Notes: generated by a model from the letters alone, not told the origin. Numbered from the stretch's first letter, positions 1 through 9,751 are shown. The stretch is 64,000 bases of DNA from Bacillota bacterium (GCA_023426575.1 JAFAAL010000030.1:1637-65636); one strand, 5' to 3'. Program-made: numbers and translations.

Positions 1-195
1 AAGAATATTCTGGCCTCGGTACAGCACCTCTCCAGCCGTCGGCATGCTGGCTGCCGCGATCATATTGATCAGGGTCGTCTTGCCTGCTCCGTTCGGCCCT
101 AAGAGTCCATAGATGCCACGATCAAAACGATAGTTGAGCTCATGGATGATTTTGTTTTTACCATAAGATTTTTCGAGATGGTTCAGCTCTAACAT
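1..195 (-). CDS. ABC transporter ATP-binding protein, N-terminal 65 codons (gene runs off the left edge)
   Basis: Not in the ORF track. Reverse translation from the ATG at 193-195 gives MLELNHLEKSYGKNKIIHELNYRFDRGIYGLLGPNGAGKTTLINMIAAASMPTAGEVLYRGQNI, with Walker A GPNGAGKT. An AAGGAG RBS overlaps the upstream stop. About 38 of 64 residues are identical by eye to the N-terminus of the island ATPase 40592..41449. Confidence 0.85.
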   Translation of the reverse strand, partial: MLELNHLEKSYGKNKIIHELNYRFDRGIYGLLGPNGAGKTTLINMIAAASMPTAGEVLYRGQNIL

Positions 196-205
196 AATGT
201 GCTCC

Positions 206-1292
206 TTAGATCTCCCATTTTAGAAAAGCTCGGCGGCTCAAGAGGGAATTGACAAAGATGACAAGCAGAGGAATTCCACTCATCTTGATCATATGTAGTA
301 AGTAGCCCTGTCCTGCCAATTGTTCGCTCAGATCCAAGTGATAGATACGATCAAAGGATCCCATGATATTGGTGGGGAAGATCATTGGTCTCAGATCTAC
401 AGCTGCCAGGGTCAGCGGCAGAGCAATCAGGAGGAGGAGCGAGATGAATAGTGCCTGGATATTGTTCTGACTGAGTGTCGAAATCAAGACGAGGAATGAC
501 GTAAGAACCATCATGGCCACGAGCCAGAAAGAAAAGTTTGTCAGTACGACAGTGAAGAGGCTGTGGTCGAATTGATAGATGCCCATCATGGCGACAGAGA
601 GCTTGAGACTCAAATGTGAGAGTTGATAAGAGCGACCGATGATCAGGTAGAAGGAGATCAAATAGATGAGAAAGCCCATGCTCATCGTCATAATGGTGCA
701 GGCACGGATCTTTGAGCGGCTGAGACCCAAGAGACCCATTCTCGTATTTTTGATGATCTTCAATGTTTTGAAGGAGCGCTCGATACTACTGATGGCAAAG
801 CAGAAGGCGATGAGACCCGTGACAACAATATAGGGAATATATGAATTGCTACTTGAAAATTCTGAGAAAAAATCGGACCAGCGCGTGGTCAGATAAAACT
901 GAGGATGATCGAGGAGTTCTTGTCTCTTCTCAATCTCTGCTGTGATCCCCGCAGAGAGCGGTTTCTCTGCCAGCTCTTGAATTTCTCTTTGCAGTCGCTC
1001 TCGTCCATAGACATATTATTCACAGTAGACTCTCTAGTCTCCTCTGACCCTCATCTGGAGACTTATAGTCATAGTCCGAGACGGATTCTTGCAAATTAAC
1101 ACTGTTCTGAAATTGCGCTAAACGTATCGAATCGTAGGGTCCTTCCAGAGCTTTAACCTTTTCTCGAGGGAGCGCGTAATCGAAGACATGGCTAATCTCG
1201 CTTGCGAGAAATAAACAAAGCATCGTGCATAAGATGAGAACTATGAAACCAGGCCTGTTCAAGAAGAGGAGCTTCAACTCTTTACGTGTCAT
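206..1292 (-). pseudogene. ABC-2-like permease, paralog of 41452..42558, split into two reading frames
   Basis: The N-terminal ORF (ATG 1292, GGAGG RBS, MTRKELKLLFLNRPGF...) stops at TGA 1020-1022. The C-terminal frame opens right after TAA 1016-1018 and runs to 206 with no ATG/GTG/TTG until 763. The combined length of ~362 codons matches the 368-aa island paralog. Shared motifs are TTRWSDFF/STRWETFF, IERSFKTLKIIKNTR/VERTMRMKKILSNTR and IFPTNIMG/VFPSNLMA. Confidence 0.6.
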
Positions 1293-1479
1293 AACGCAGC
1301 CTCCAGACTCTCCCGTCTCAATGTCCAGGAGCAAGCATCTCCATGATATATGCTCCCATATGCAAAGTCTAGTGTTTATTTCATTTCAATAGCCTTCGAG
1401 GCAGGAAAATGTCACAGCGGATATCGCCAACTCTCTCCCCTGTGTATAATCAAGGCAAGCATTACAATTTCAGGAGGAG

Positions 1480-2460
1480 ATGATGCAAGGAAAAAGTCTC
1501 AAACACCACGCAGGAGCCTATATCGCCAACTTTAAGACCAAGCGCTTTTGGATCGGTGTCTTCTATCTCTTGGCGGGCAGTGTGCTCTCGGCCTTTGCCC
1601 TCAATATTTTCTTTGTTCCGACAAAGTTTACAATGGGTGGCGTCTCGGGCGCAGCCTCTATCATCTATCAGCTGACGGGACAGGGCGAGTTCTTAAACTT
1701 CGGAACGCTCGTCATCCTCCTGAACATTCCGCTTCTCATCCTCGGCTGGGTGAAGATCGGCTTCTCCTTTGTCTGGCGCTCAATTGTCGGAACTTTTGTC
1801 TATTCGCTGGTCCTCGACCTCCTCCGTCCGCTGACCGAGGGCTGGTTCGACCGCTACTTCAACGTGGCTCTCGAGAGTGGCCACCACCCCGACCCCCTGA
1901 TCTTTGCACTCTTTGGCGGCATTCTCTTCGGCATCTCTATGGGGCTCATTCTCCGCGGCGGCTATACGACGGGCGGCACGGATGTCCTCGCTGTCGTCCT
2001 CCACCGTCGTTGGCCGAATCTTACGATCGGCAATCTCCTAATGGCTCTGGATGTGGTCATCGTGACCTCGACCCTCTTCTTCTATCGTGACGAAGGTAAT
2101 CACGCGATTCTCCTCGCCATGTACTCTTTTATCGCCATGTGGTTTACCGCAAGATTTACCGACATCACGATTTCAGGACTCGACTTCTCCCGCGCGGTCT
2201 ACATCATCTCGGAGCACAAGGAGGAGATCTCAGAGGCCGTCTTTGCCGAGCTCGATCGCTCGGTGACTCTGGTCCCCGCCCGTGGCATGTATACGGGCGC
2301 TGAGCGCGACATGCTCTACTGTGTCGTCTCCTCGCGCCAGGCCCCAAAGCTCAAGGCGATTGTCAAGGAGATCGACCCCCGTGCCTTCATCGTCGTCCAC
2401 GACGTCAGCGAGGTCGTGGGGGAGGGCTTCGAGCGCAGTGGCGCCGACTTCCTGGCCTAG
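1480..2460 (+). CDS. YitT-family membrane protein (DUF161 repeats plus C-terminal DUF2179-like domain)
   Basis: 326-aa ORF preceded by an AGGAGGAG RBS. Multiple TM helices and the GGYTTGGTDVLA motif typical of YitT/YpjC-type proteins. Soluble C-terminal domain. Confidence 0.75.
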   Translation: MMQGKSLKHHAGAYIANFKTKRFWIGVFYLLAGSVLSAFALNIFFVPTKFTMGGVSGAASIIYQLTGQGEFLNFGTLVILLNIPLLILGWVKIGFSFVWRSIVGTFVYSLVLDLLRPLTEGWFDRYFNVALESGHHPDPLIFALFGGILFGISMGLILRGGYTTGGTDVLAVVLHRRWPNLTIGNLLMALDVVIVTSTLFFYRDEGNHAILLAMYSFIAMWFTARFTDITISGLDFSRAVYIISEHKEEISEAVFAELDRSVTLVPARGMYTGAERDMLYCVVSSRQAPKLKAIVKEIDPRAFIVVHDVSEVVGEGFERSGADFLA

Positions 2461-3381
2461 GTGATGCAACATCTGCGTCTACAAATCTTCTCACCGGCCA
2501 AGCTCAACCTGAGTCTGAAAGTTTCCGCAAAGCTTCGTGCCGACGGCTATCACGAGATCGACAGTCTCATGCAGATGATCGATCTTGGCGACAGCCTGCA
2601 GCTCACGGTGAGCCCTGGCTCAGGTGAGAGTCTCGAGCTTCGCTTCCTCGCCCCCTGCCAGTCCCTCCTCGCACAGCAAGGCGAGATCACGCATCTCGAA
2701 AGCGAGCTCAAATCAGAGAATAATCTCCTCCTCCGGGCGCAGCGCCTCTGGAGCGAGCGATTTTTACCCTCAACGGCCCGCTATGCCTGGCACTGGCATC
2801 TGGCAAAAGCCACCCCCACGGGCGCTGGTCTCGGGGGCGGGAGTTCTAACGCGGCGGCGGCTCTGAAAATTCTAGGGAGATGGGCAGTGGCAGAGGGCCT
2901 CTTGAGCCCAGAGACGATTCACTCTGCTTCTTATCAGGCGGAGCTGATGCAGATCGCCGCAGAGCTTGGCTCGGACATTCCTTTCTTTCTCTTAGAGAGC
3001 ACATGCGCGCGAGCGACGGGACGTGGCACAGAGCTCAGTCCTCGCCGTCCCGAAGCAGCTCAATATCTTCTGATCTTCCCGAGAGAGTCCGCCGCGACCG
3101 CAGGGGCCTACGCCCGTCTCGATGCCTATCGCCAGACGCTCCCCGAGGCTCTCTGGCATTCGACGGCCAATGATTTTTCAATTCTCTACGAGAAGGAGAG
3201 GAAGGAGATTTCTGAGGCTTTTGCCGCATATGCTCAGTATCCGCTCGAGCTCACGGGCAGTGGCTCTGCCTTCTACTTCTGCTGGCCTCAAGCGCAGGAG
3301 GTCAAAAGGCTGGAGCGCGGGGGCTACCTCGCCTGGCCGGCTCGAGCCCTCCTCGAAGTGCCTCAGCCTGTCATGCTCTGA
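2461..3381 (+). CDS. ispE: 4-diphosphocytidyl-2-C-methyl-D-erythritol kinase
   Basis: N-terminal FSPAKLNLSLKV and the GHMP-kinase motif PTGAGLGGGSSNAAAALK. 306 aa. Confidence 0.85.
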   Translation: MMQHLRLQIFSPAKLNLSLKVSAKLRADGYHEIDSLMQMIDLGDSLQLTVSPGSGESLELRFLAPCQSLLAQQGEITHLESELKSENNLLLRAQRLWSERFLPSTARYAWHWHLAKATPTGAGLGGGSSNAAAALKILGRWAVAEGLLSPETIHSASYQAELMQIAAELGSDIPFFLLESTCARATGRGTELSPRRPEAAQYLLIFPRESAATAGAYARLDAYRQTLPEALWHSTANDFSILYEKERKEISEAFAAYAQYPLELTGSGSAFYFCWPQAQEVKRLERGGYLAWPARALLEVPQPVML

Positions 3382-5714
3382 GACTTCGCTCTTGAGGCGG
3401 CGTCGAGATCGAGGACGCGATGCGCGAGATAGCGTGCCTCCTTGGGATCGTGGGTGATCAGGAGGTAGGCGAGTCCCTCTCTCTCCTGTAGCTCGATCAA
3501 GAGGTCCATGATTTCCCTTTTGATCAGGATGTCGAGGGCCGAGAGGGCCTCATCGAGGATTAGGAACTCCGCGCCCATGAGGAGGGCGCGTGCGAGGGCC
3601 AGTCTCTGCGCCTGTCCCCCAGAAAACTGCAAGGGGTATTTATCGAGGCTGCCAGCCTCTAGCTTCACTCTGGCCAGAACTTCTTCGAGCTCTTCTCGAC
3701 TCACGTCACGAGCGCGAACTTTTGCCACTTCTCTCAAAGCCGCCTCGATTTTCTGGCGCGGATCGAAGGAGCTCTGCGGATGCTGGAAAATCATCTGAAT
3801 CTTCTGGCGCTCCTCTCGCGCCAGATCTGCCAGCGGCACGCCGCGCCAGAGGATCTCTCCCGCGCTCTGCGGGGTGAGGCCGACAATGGCACGAGCAGAG
3901 GAGCTCTTGCCCGAGCCTGAGGCGCCGACCAGGGCGAGGCATTCAGCTCTGGCGAGGTCAAAGGAGAGATCTGCCACCGCCGTGAAGCTCTGCTTGCGCC
4001 AGGCTCCCGTGATCTGCTTGCGATAGCTGATCTCGAGATTTAGAACGCTGAGGAGAATATCACCTCGCTTTGTCACTTTTCTCTGGCATACTGTCTCTTG
4101 CGCTGCAAAGAGCGCGCGGGCATAGGGCTGCTCGATCTCTTCGGCCCGAGGATTCGCTCCGACTTCACTGACGATCTCGCCAGCTTCTAAGATGAGGATG
4201 CGCTCGGCAAAGTCCTCTAAGAGCGATAGTTCATGGGTGATGAAGAGAATCCCTATCCCCTGCTCCTGGCTGAGCCGCTGAAAGAGTTCGATCAGTCCTC
4301 GGCGGAGTCGGCTGTCGAGGGCCGAGCTCGGCTCATCCGCGATCAGGAACTGCGCTCCCTGGAGGAGGGCGAGGGCAATGAGGATACGCTGCTTCTGCCC
4401 GCCCGAGAGCTGATGCGGGTAGGATCTCAGAATTCTCTGACTGGGCTCAATTTCCGCAAGACGCAGCGCCTCGTAGATGCGCGCGCGGCGCTCCGCATGG
4501 TTGAGGCCAGGATGCTGCAGCGCCAGGACTTCTTCACAGGCGGCCTCAATGCGCTGGAGGGGATCGAGGGCCGCCGTCGGATCTTGAGGAATGAGGGCAA
4601 TTGTCTGGCCGCGTAGCCTGATCGCCTCGGGACTGCCGAGCGGCATCGCAGTGCCAGCATAGAGAATTTGCCCTGAGTATTCCGCCTCTGGGCTGTCGAT
4701 GAGGCTGAGCGCGAGGCGGGCAAGACTCGACTTGCCACTGCCCGACTCTCCGAGGAGCGCCACGACTTCGCCTGCCGCGATCTCGAGGCTGAGATTCTTG
4801 AGAATCGTCTTCTGACCCTCGGCCGTCGCATAGCTCAAATGCAAGTCTCTGAGCGCAAGAAGATCTTCTGAAAGATCCTCTCCCGGCTCGGACGGCAGTG
4901 ATTTCTTCTGTCGGCCACGCCGCGGGAGCACGCGCTCGGCCCCATAGAAATCGCCGACAGTCGCGAGCGCAAAGAGCAGCGAAAAGATAAAGAAGGCGGG
5001 GATCAGGATGAGTCGTGGTGCCTTCATAAAATCGAGCTTCGCTGCGGCAATGATATTGCCCCAGCTCGGGGTCCTGGCCGCAAGACCCGCCCCGAGAAAG
5101 CTCAGGGCCGCCTCGGAAATGATGACCTCCGAAAAGATGAAGGCAGAGCGGATAAAGAGGCCCTGCCAGAGATTCGGCAGCGCGTGATGCCAGATTTGCC
5201 GCGATCTGCTGGCGCCCGCTATCTGCAGAGCCTCGATATAGGCTTCGCTGCGGATGGGCATGGCCGTCGCTCGCGCCAGGCGGGCGACACTCGGCGTGTA
5301 GACCAGGGTCAGAGCTAGGATGATATTGCCAGCTGAGGCCGAAAAGAGGGTCATCAGCGCAATCGCCAAGAGGATCGCTGGAATGGCCATCATGGCGTCG
5401 ACGAGGCGCATGATCAGCTTGTCAAAACGTGGGTAGAAGGCGGCGTAGAGTCCAATCGTCGTTCCGATGCCAAGCGAGAGCAGCGTCGTCACAGCTGCAA
5501 GACTCAGGGAGACCCGTCCCCCATAGATAATCTGGGCAAAGAGATCGCGGCCATAGCGATCGGCACCGAAGGGTAGGTCGAGACTGATCGGCGCGAGGCG
5601 CCGCGTCGGATCCATGCGAACGGGGTCGAGCTCTAGGAAGAGAGGCAGGAGAAAGCAGAGGAGCGTGAGTCCTAAGAGATAGTAGAGGGCCAGGGAATGT
5701 CGTCTTCTCTTCAT
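3363..5714 (-). CDS. Peptide/nickel ABC transporter, fused permease (DppC/OppC-like) plus two ATPase domains (DppD/DppF-like)
   Basis: Single 783-aa frame. The N-terminal ~270 aa is polytopic (FGADRYGRDLFAQIIYGGRVSL). It is followed by GESGSGKSS...LSGGQKQRILIA...ADEPSSALD and then GASGSGKSS...FSGGQAQRLALA...LDEALSALD. Confidence 0.8.
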   Translation of the reverse strand: MKRRRHSLALYYLLGLTLLCFLLPLFLELDPVRMDPTRRLAPISLDLPFGADRYGRDLFAQIIYGGRVSLSLAAVTTLLSLGIGTTIGLYAAFYPRFDKLIMRLVDAMMAIPAILLAIALMTLFSASAGNIILALTLVYTPSVARLARATAMPIRSEAYIEALQIAGASRSRQIWHHALPNLWQGLFIRSAFIFSEVIISEAALSFLGAGLAARTPSWGNIIAAAKLDFMKAPRLILIPAFFIFSLLFALATVGDFYGAERVLPRRGRQKKSLPSEPGEDLSEDLLALRDLHLSYATAEGQKTILKNLSLEIAAGEVVALLGESGSGKSSLARLALSLIDSPEAEYSGQILYAGTAMPLGSPEAIRLRGQTIALIPQDPTAALDPLQRIEAACEEVLALQHPGLNHAERRARIYEALRLAEIEPSQRILRSYPHQLSGGQKQRILIALALLQGAQFLIADEPSSALDSRLRRGLIELFQRLSQEQGIGILFITHELSLLEDFAERILILEAGEIVSEVGANPRAEEIEQPYARALFAAQETVCQRKVTKRGDILLSVLNLEISYRKQITGAWRKQSFTAVADLSFDLARAECLALVGASGSGKSSSARAIVGLTPQSAGEILWRGVPLADLAREERQKIQMIFQHPQSSFDPRQKIEAALREVAKVRARDVSREELEEVLARVKLEAGSLDKYPLQFSGGQAQRLALARALLMGAEFLILDEALSALDILIKREIMDLLIELQEREGLAYLLITHDPKEARYLAHRVLDLDAASRAKSQSMTG

Positions 5715-6671
5715 CTACTGCTCCTGCTCCAAGTGGATTCTCGGATCGATGAGGGCATAGAGGATGTCGAGGATAAGATTGACGCCGAGATAGATGAGAC
5801 TCGTCAAGAGGACGACGCCCTGGATGAGGAAGATGTCGCGGCGCGAAATGGCGTTCATGACGAGCAGGCCAAGGCCTGGAATCGTAAAGATGGTCTCGAC
5901 AATGACAGCGCCAGCGAGGATGGAGGCAAAGTATTCGCCGCTGAGCGTGAGGATCGGGAGCGCCGCATTTTTGAGGAGATGTCGGCGCATGATCTGAGCC
6001 TCGGAGAGGCCCCGCGCCCGCAATTGCTCGACAAAGGGCCGGGCTCGCAGCTCCTCGAGTTTCTGCCTGGAGAGGCGAAAGAGGACCGCGGCCTGGCCGA
6101 GCGCGAGAGCGGTCGCGGGGAGGATCAAATAGCGAAAGTGTGGCCAGAAGCCCGCGCTGATCTCCTGGTAGCCCGCAGCTGGCAGAGCTTTGAGGGCGAC
6201 GGCAAAAATCAGGATGAGGAGGAGACTGAGGACAAAGGAGGGCAGCGCTGGCAGTGCCGTCGCCAGCGTGGTCAAGAGGCGATCGATGAGCGAACCCCGC
6301 TTAGAGGCGGCAAGAAGTGCCAGGGGCAGGGCTAATGAGAGCGCGAGAAGCTGGGCGATCAGGGCGAGCTCAAGACTCGTCCAGAACTTATCTTTTAAAA
6401 TTGAAGCGACAGAATCATTTAAAAAAAGCGAGGGGCCGAGATCTCCTCGGAGCGCCCGCCCGAGCCACTCGGGATACTGTTGCCAGAAGGGGCGGTCGAA
6501 GCCGAGCTTTAGATTGAGTGCGGCAATGGCCTCGGGCTCTGCCTCCATGCCGAGAATGGCCGCCGCTGGCGATCCCCCCGCCAGATAGAGGAGCGAGAAG
6601 ACGATGAGACTTAGAATCAGTAGCGTCGGCAGCATCGCCAGAATGCGTTTTAAGATATAGCGAAGAGACAT
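5715..6671 (-). CDS. Peptide/nickel ABC transporter permease (DppB/OppB-like)
   Basis: MSLRYILKRILAMLPTLLILSLIVF... polytopic protein, adjacent to and co-oriented with the fused subunit. The start is uncertain: ATG 6671 lacks an SD, and the ORF track gives an alternative start at 6704. Confidence 0.75.
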   Translation of the reverse strand: MSLRYILKRILAMLPTLLILSLIVFSLLYLAGGSPAAAILGMEAEPEAIAALNLKLGFDRPFWQQYPEWLGRALRGDLGPSLFLNDSVASILKDKFWTSLELALIAQLLALSLALPLALLAASKRGSLIDRLLTTLATALPALPSFVLSLLLILIFAVALKALPAAGYQEISAGFWPHFRYLILPATALALGQAAVLFRLSRQKLEELRARPFVEQLRARGLSEAQIMRRHLLKNAALPILTLSGEYFASILAGAVIVETIFTIPGLGLLVMNAISRRDIFLIQGVVLLTSLIYLGVNLILDILYALIDPRIHLEQEQ

Positions 6672-6672
6672 A

Positions 6673-6700
6673 GGAAAAGCTCGGGGCCGCAGCCCCGAGC
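6673..6700 (-). terminator. Intercistronic hairpin plus short U-run between the SBP and permease genes (partial terminator/attenuator candidate)
   Basis: 9-bp GC-rich stem GCTCGGGGC/GCCCCGAGC (6679-6687 / 6692-6700) with a 4-nt loop, followed on the minus strand by TTTTCC. Confidence 0.35.
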
Positions 6701-6707
6701 TCAAAAC

Positions 6708-8384
6708 TTATTTTTTTACTCTGATGTTCCAGACGAGCGGAGCCTGCTGGAACTGATAGTTTTCAATCCGCTTCGTCACGGCGATCAGATCCTTGTACTG
6801 ACCGACGGCCGAGGAGGAGAGATAGTCGTAGAGGAAGCCCTGGAGCTCGGCCCAGCGCTCACTCGCCTCTTCGGGCGTCTTGGCCTGGCGGATCGCGAGC
6901 GAAAGCTCGGAGATCTTCGGGTCATTTGCCCCGGCCCAGTCTTCATTGAGGACGAGGAGTTGCGGCGGCGTCTGCTGGTAGGAGTTCGTCGTGACGAAGA
7001 GATCCCAGCTCTTTCGATCCTGGCGCTTCTCCATAAAGGTCGGGAAGTCAAATTCTAAGAAATCAGTCTTGAAACCTGCAGCTTCGAGTTGGTCGACGAT
7101 GAAGAGGCAGGTGTCGTACATATCCTTGTAGTCAGGCGTCGTCAGGATACGAATAGGCTCACCCTTATAACCCGCTTCTTCCATCAGTTTTTTGGCCTTG
7201 GCCACATCGTTCTGATTGTAGATCTCGGCGCCGGCATCCGTGCCCCACTGCGCAGAGTTCGGATTCATATAGCCTGGGGCGAGGGTATAGAGCTCGGGCT
7301 CGATATAGGCACCCGCCATGATCAGGTCAAAGTTCAGAGCCGCCTGCACCGCATGACGCATCTTCGGATCGGCGAGGATGCCCTCCTGCACATTGTAAAA
7401 GAGCGTGGTCGTGCCGCCCTCATCGGTCAGCAACGTGATGTCGTCGCGCTGGGCGAGATCGGCATAATTCTCATTAGGGACGCTGTCGATGATGTCGTAG
7501 TTCCCTGCGAGGAGGCCTGCAATACGCGTCGCCGCATCCGTGACGAAATAGTAGACAACCTTTTCAGTCAAGGCCTCACGTCGGCCACTGAAGCCAGAGG
7601 GTTCTTCCGTTCTGGGGGCGTAGTCAGGGTTGGCCTCGAGTTCAATGGAGACATCTGGCGTCCACTTGACGAACTTATAGGGGCCGGTGCCGATGTATTC
7701 GGAGATGCCCTTCTCAGGATCGTAGTTCTTGAGGACACGCGCGGGCATGATCGCAGGATAGCAGGTCTGCGCCGCCATCAGGGTCAGTAGATCCGTGGCA
7801 GGCTCGGGCAGGGTCACTTGGACGGTCAGCTCATCGATGGCCTCCCACTTCCCCTCACCAAAGAGCTTCTTAGCGCGGCCATTGACCTCGTTCCAATGAG
7901 CCATCGAGACGGCGACGTCCTCGGCGGTGACAGCACTGCCATCGTGGAACTTCAAGTCGGGGCGGAGCTTAAAGCTGTAGACCGTCATCTCCTCATTGAC
8001 CTCATAGGACTCGGCGAGCATCGGCTGGGGATTCAGTTCGGCGTCCGTCGTAAAGAGCGGTTCAAAGATATTCTGGCTGATGTCCCAGACGATTTGCGAG
8101 GAACTTGTCGCAGGATCGAGCGTCGGAGGCGCTGCGGGGAGCGCAACGTGAATGACGTCTCGATACTCTGCCTCAGCCGTCTCCTCCGTCTCTGATTCGC
8201 TCTTCTCTTTTGTTTCAGCAGCGGTGGCATCAGATTCAGCTTCGGTCTCCGCTTCAGGGCTCGTCGCATCACTCGCTTCGAGCTCGACCTCAGAGGTCTC
8301 TGTCTTGCCAGCCATAGAGTCGCAGCCGCTCATCGCCAGGATGAAAAAGAGGGCGAGAGCCAGGCTCATAAATTTTTTCAGCAT
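6708..8384 (-). CDS. ABC substrate-binding lipoprotein, family 5 (peptide/nickel), with acidic Ser/Thr/Glu-rich linker
   Basis: AAGGAGA RBS, signal peptide MLKKFMSLALALFFILAMSGC (lipobox), then a ~55-aa E/T/A/S-rich linker and a large SBP body. First gene of the peptide ABC operon. Confidence 0.8.
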   Translation of the reverse strand: MLKKFMSLALALFFILAMSGCDSMAGKTETSEVELEASDATSPEAETEAESDATAAETKEKSESETEETAEAEYRDVIHVALPAAPPTLDPATSSSQIVWDISQNIFEPLFTTDAELNPQPMLAESYEVNEEMTVYSFKLRPDLKFHDGSAVTAEDVAVSMAHWNEVNGRAKKLFGEGKWEAIDELTVQVTLPEPATDLLTLMAAQTCYPAIMPARVLKNYDPEKGISEYIGTGPYKFVKWTPDVSIELEANPDYAPRTEEPSGFSGRREALTEKVVYYFVTDAATRIAGLLAGNYDIIDSVPNENYADLAQRDDITLLTDEGGTTTLFYNVQEGILADPKMRHAVQAALNFDLIMAGAYIEPELYTLAPGYMNPNSAQWGTDAGAEIYNQNDVAKAKKLMEEAGYKGEPIRILTTPDYKDMYDTCLFIVDQLEAAGFKTDFLEFDFPTFMEKRQDRKSWDLFVTTNSYQQTPPQLLVLNEDWAGANDPKISELSLAIRQAKTPEEASERWAELQGFLYDYLSSSAVGQYKDLIAVTKRIENYQFQQAPLVWNIRVKK

Positions 8385-8497
8385 CTGTGTTCTCCTTAAA
8401 GATTTTCCAGCATAGAATGCCGAGAGAACTATAGCAGTCCTCCCCTTTTTGGTCAATATATTATATTTGATTTTATAATACGTTGGGTCATAGATAA

Positions 8498-8517
8498 GGC
8501 CAGCTTATAAGCTGGCC
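8498..8517 (-). terminator. Perfect palindromic hairpin downstream of the FemAB-family gene
   Basis: GGCCAGCTTATAAGCTGGCC lies 9 nt after the stop at 8526. The following U-tract on the minus strand (TTATCTAT) is weak. Confidence 0.35.
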
Positions 8518-8525
8518 CCGATTGA

Positions 8526-9743
8526 TTAATTCTTCCTAAATTTTTGCCTCATGCGCATGAGGAAATCAAATAGACGAGCCCGGAGCGGCGCGAGGGGAAG
8601 ATTGAATTCTCCATAATTTTCTTCAATGCGGGGATTAAAATGCGCCTTGAAGCGACTGAGCCCGTCGTCGAAGTGACCGTCAATGCCCCCGAGATTGAGA
8701 CGCTCAGCCCCGTTCTGAAAGGCATCTTCAATGACGGCATTGTAAATCCCCCAGGAGGCGGGAACATTGAAGTATTTCTCATCCGTTCCGGCATAGGGCA
8801 ATTCGCTGAGGGCGCCAAGGTGGACGAGGAGTCCTGCAGCTATGGTCTCACGGCCTACCTCGCCAAGTTCCCGAAAGAATAGGGCCATCTTCTCGGCAGA
8901 GCTCAGCTGTTCCTCGAGCTGCCGCCGCTTCTTCTGCGCGTGCTCGGGACAGTTTTGAACTTCGGCCGCGAGACGCTCGAGCTCGGCCTCTGCCTTCTGG
9001 CGACCCTCTGGGGCGTCGATTTCGGCCAAAAAGATTTGAGCGCTCTCTGGATAGGCGGCGAGGAAGCGCTGGAAATATTCCTTGTCTCGCAAATTGATGG
9101 CCTGGCGTGCCTCCGTACATTCAATGCAGCGCAGGAAGAGCTCGAGTTCAGAAGGATCTGCCTTGCGGACAGAGACCTCACGTCGCTCGAGCTGGCGGAG
9201 ATTGTAACGCAGCTTGGCATACTGATCGGCCTGCCAGTCCTCGCGGTAGATGACCGCCTGATAGCGAGGCTGAATCGTGCTGGCCAGATCTCTCTCGAGA
9301 CCCGTATGGACGAATCCAAGCTCTCGCATCTCAGAGAGGAAAGCATGATCACGCGCCTCGTCAGCCTCTGGCTCCTCCTCGCCGAGCGGGAAGACTTTGC
9401 GGAGGACGGGCGGCTGTACCTTGAAGAGAAAGCAGCCACGGTCTCGCTTGAGCTCCGTGGCCAGCGCGGCAAGACAGGCCAGTCGATCGCCCTCCTCCCC
9501 TACTGACAGAAGCATGGGCCCGAGTGCAAGGTAGGCCAGTTTCTGGCCGAGGGGAAAAGGTCTGAGGAGTAGCTGCGCGAGCGCCCGTGGCCTCCCCTCG
9601 CGCTCATAGACAAAGCGCCGCGGCGCCCAGTCCCGCTTGATCTCGGGCCAGGCTGGCGATTGCAGGAGCGAGGGTTCACGGCTCTCTTTAAAGAGCGTGG
9701 AATATTCTTCCCGAGAAATCTCTCTCAATAAATCTGCTTGCAA
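8526..9743 (-). CDS. FemAB-family peptidoglycan interpeptide-bridge aminoacyltransferase
   Basis: 405 aa with a TTG start 4 nt after AGGAGG. It has a central coiled-coil insertion (EAELERLAAEVQNCPEHAQKKRRQLEEQL) between two GNAT-like halves and a C-terminal YAGTDEKY...LNLGGI. This architecture is typical of FemX/FemA/MurM. Confidence 0.65.
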   Translation of the reverse strand: MQADLLREISREEYSTLFKESREPSLLQSPAWPEIKRDWAPRRFVYEREGRPRALAQLLLRPFPLGQKLAYLALGPMLLSVGEEGDRLACLAALATELKRDRGCFLFKVQPPVLRKVFPLGEEEPEADEARDHAFLSEMRELGFVHTGLERDLASTIQPRYQAVIYREDWQADQYAKLRYNLRQLERREVSVRKADPSELELFLRCIECTEARQAINLRDKEYFQRFLAAYPESAQIFLAEIDAPEGRQKAEAELERLAAEVQNCPEHAQKKRRQLEEQLSSAEKMALFFRELGEVGRETIAAGLLVHLGALSELPYAGTDEKYFNVPASWGIYNAVIEDAFQNGAERLNLGGIDGHFDDGLSRFKAHFNPRIEENYGEFNLPLAPLRARLFDFLMRMRQKFRKN

Positions 9744-9751
9744 AGCTCCTC

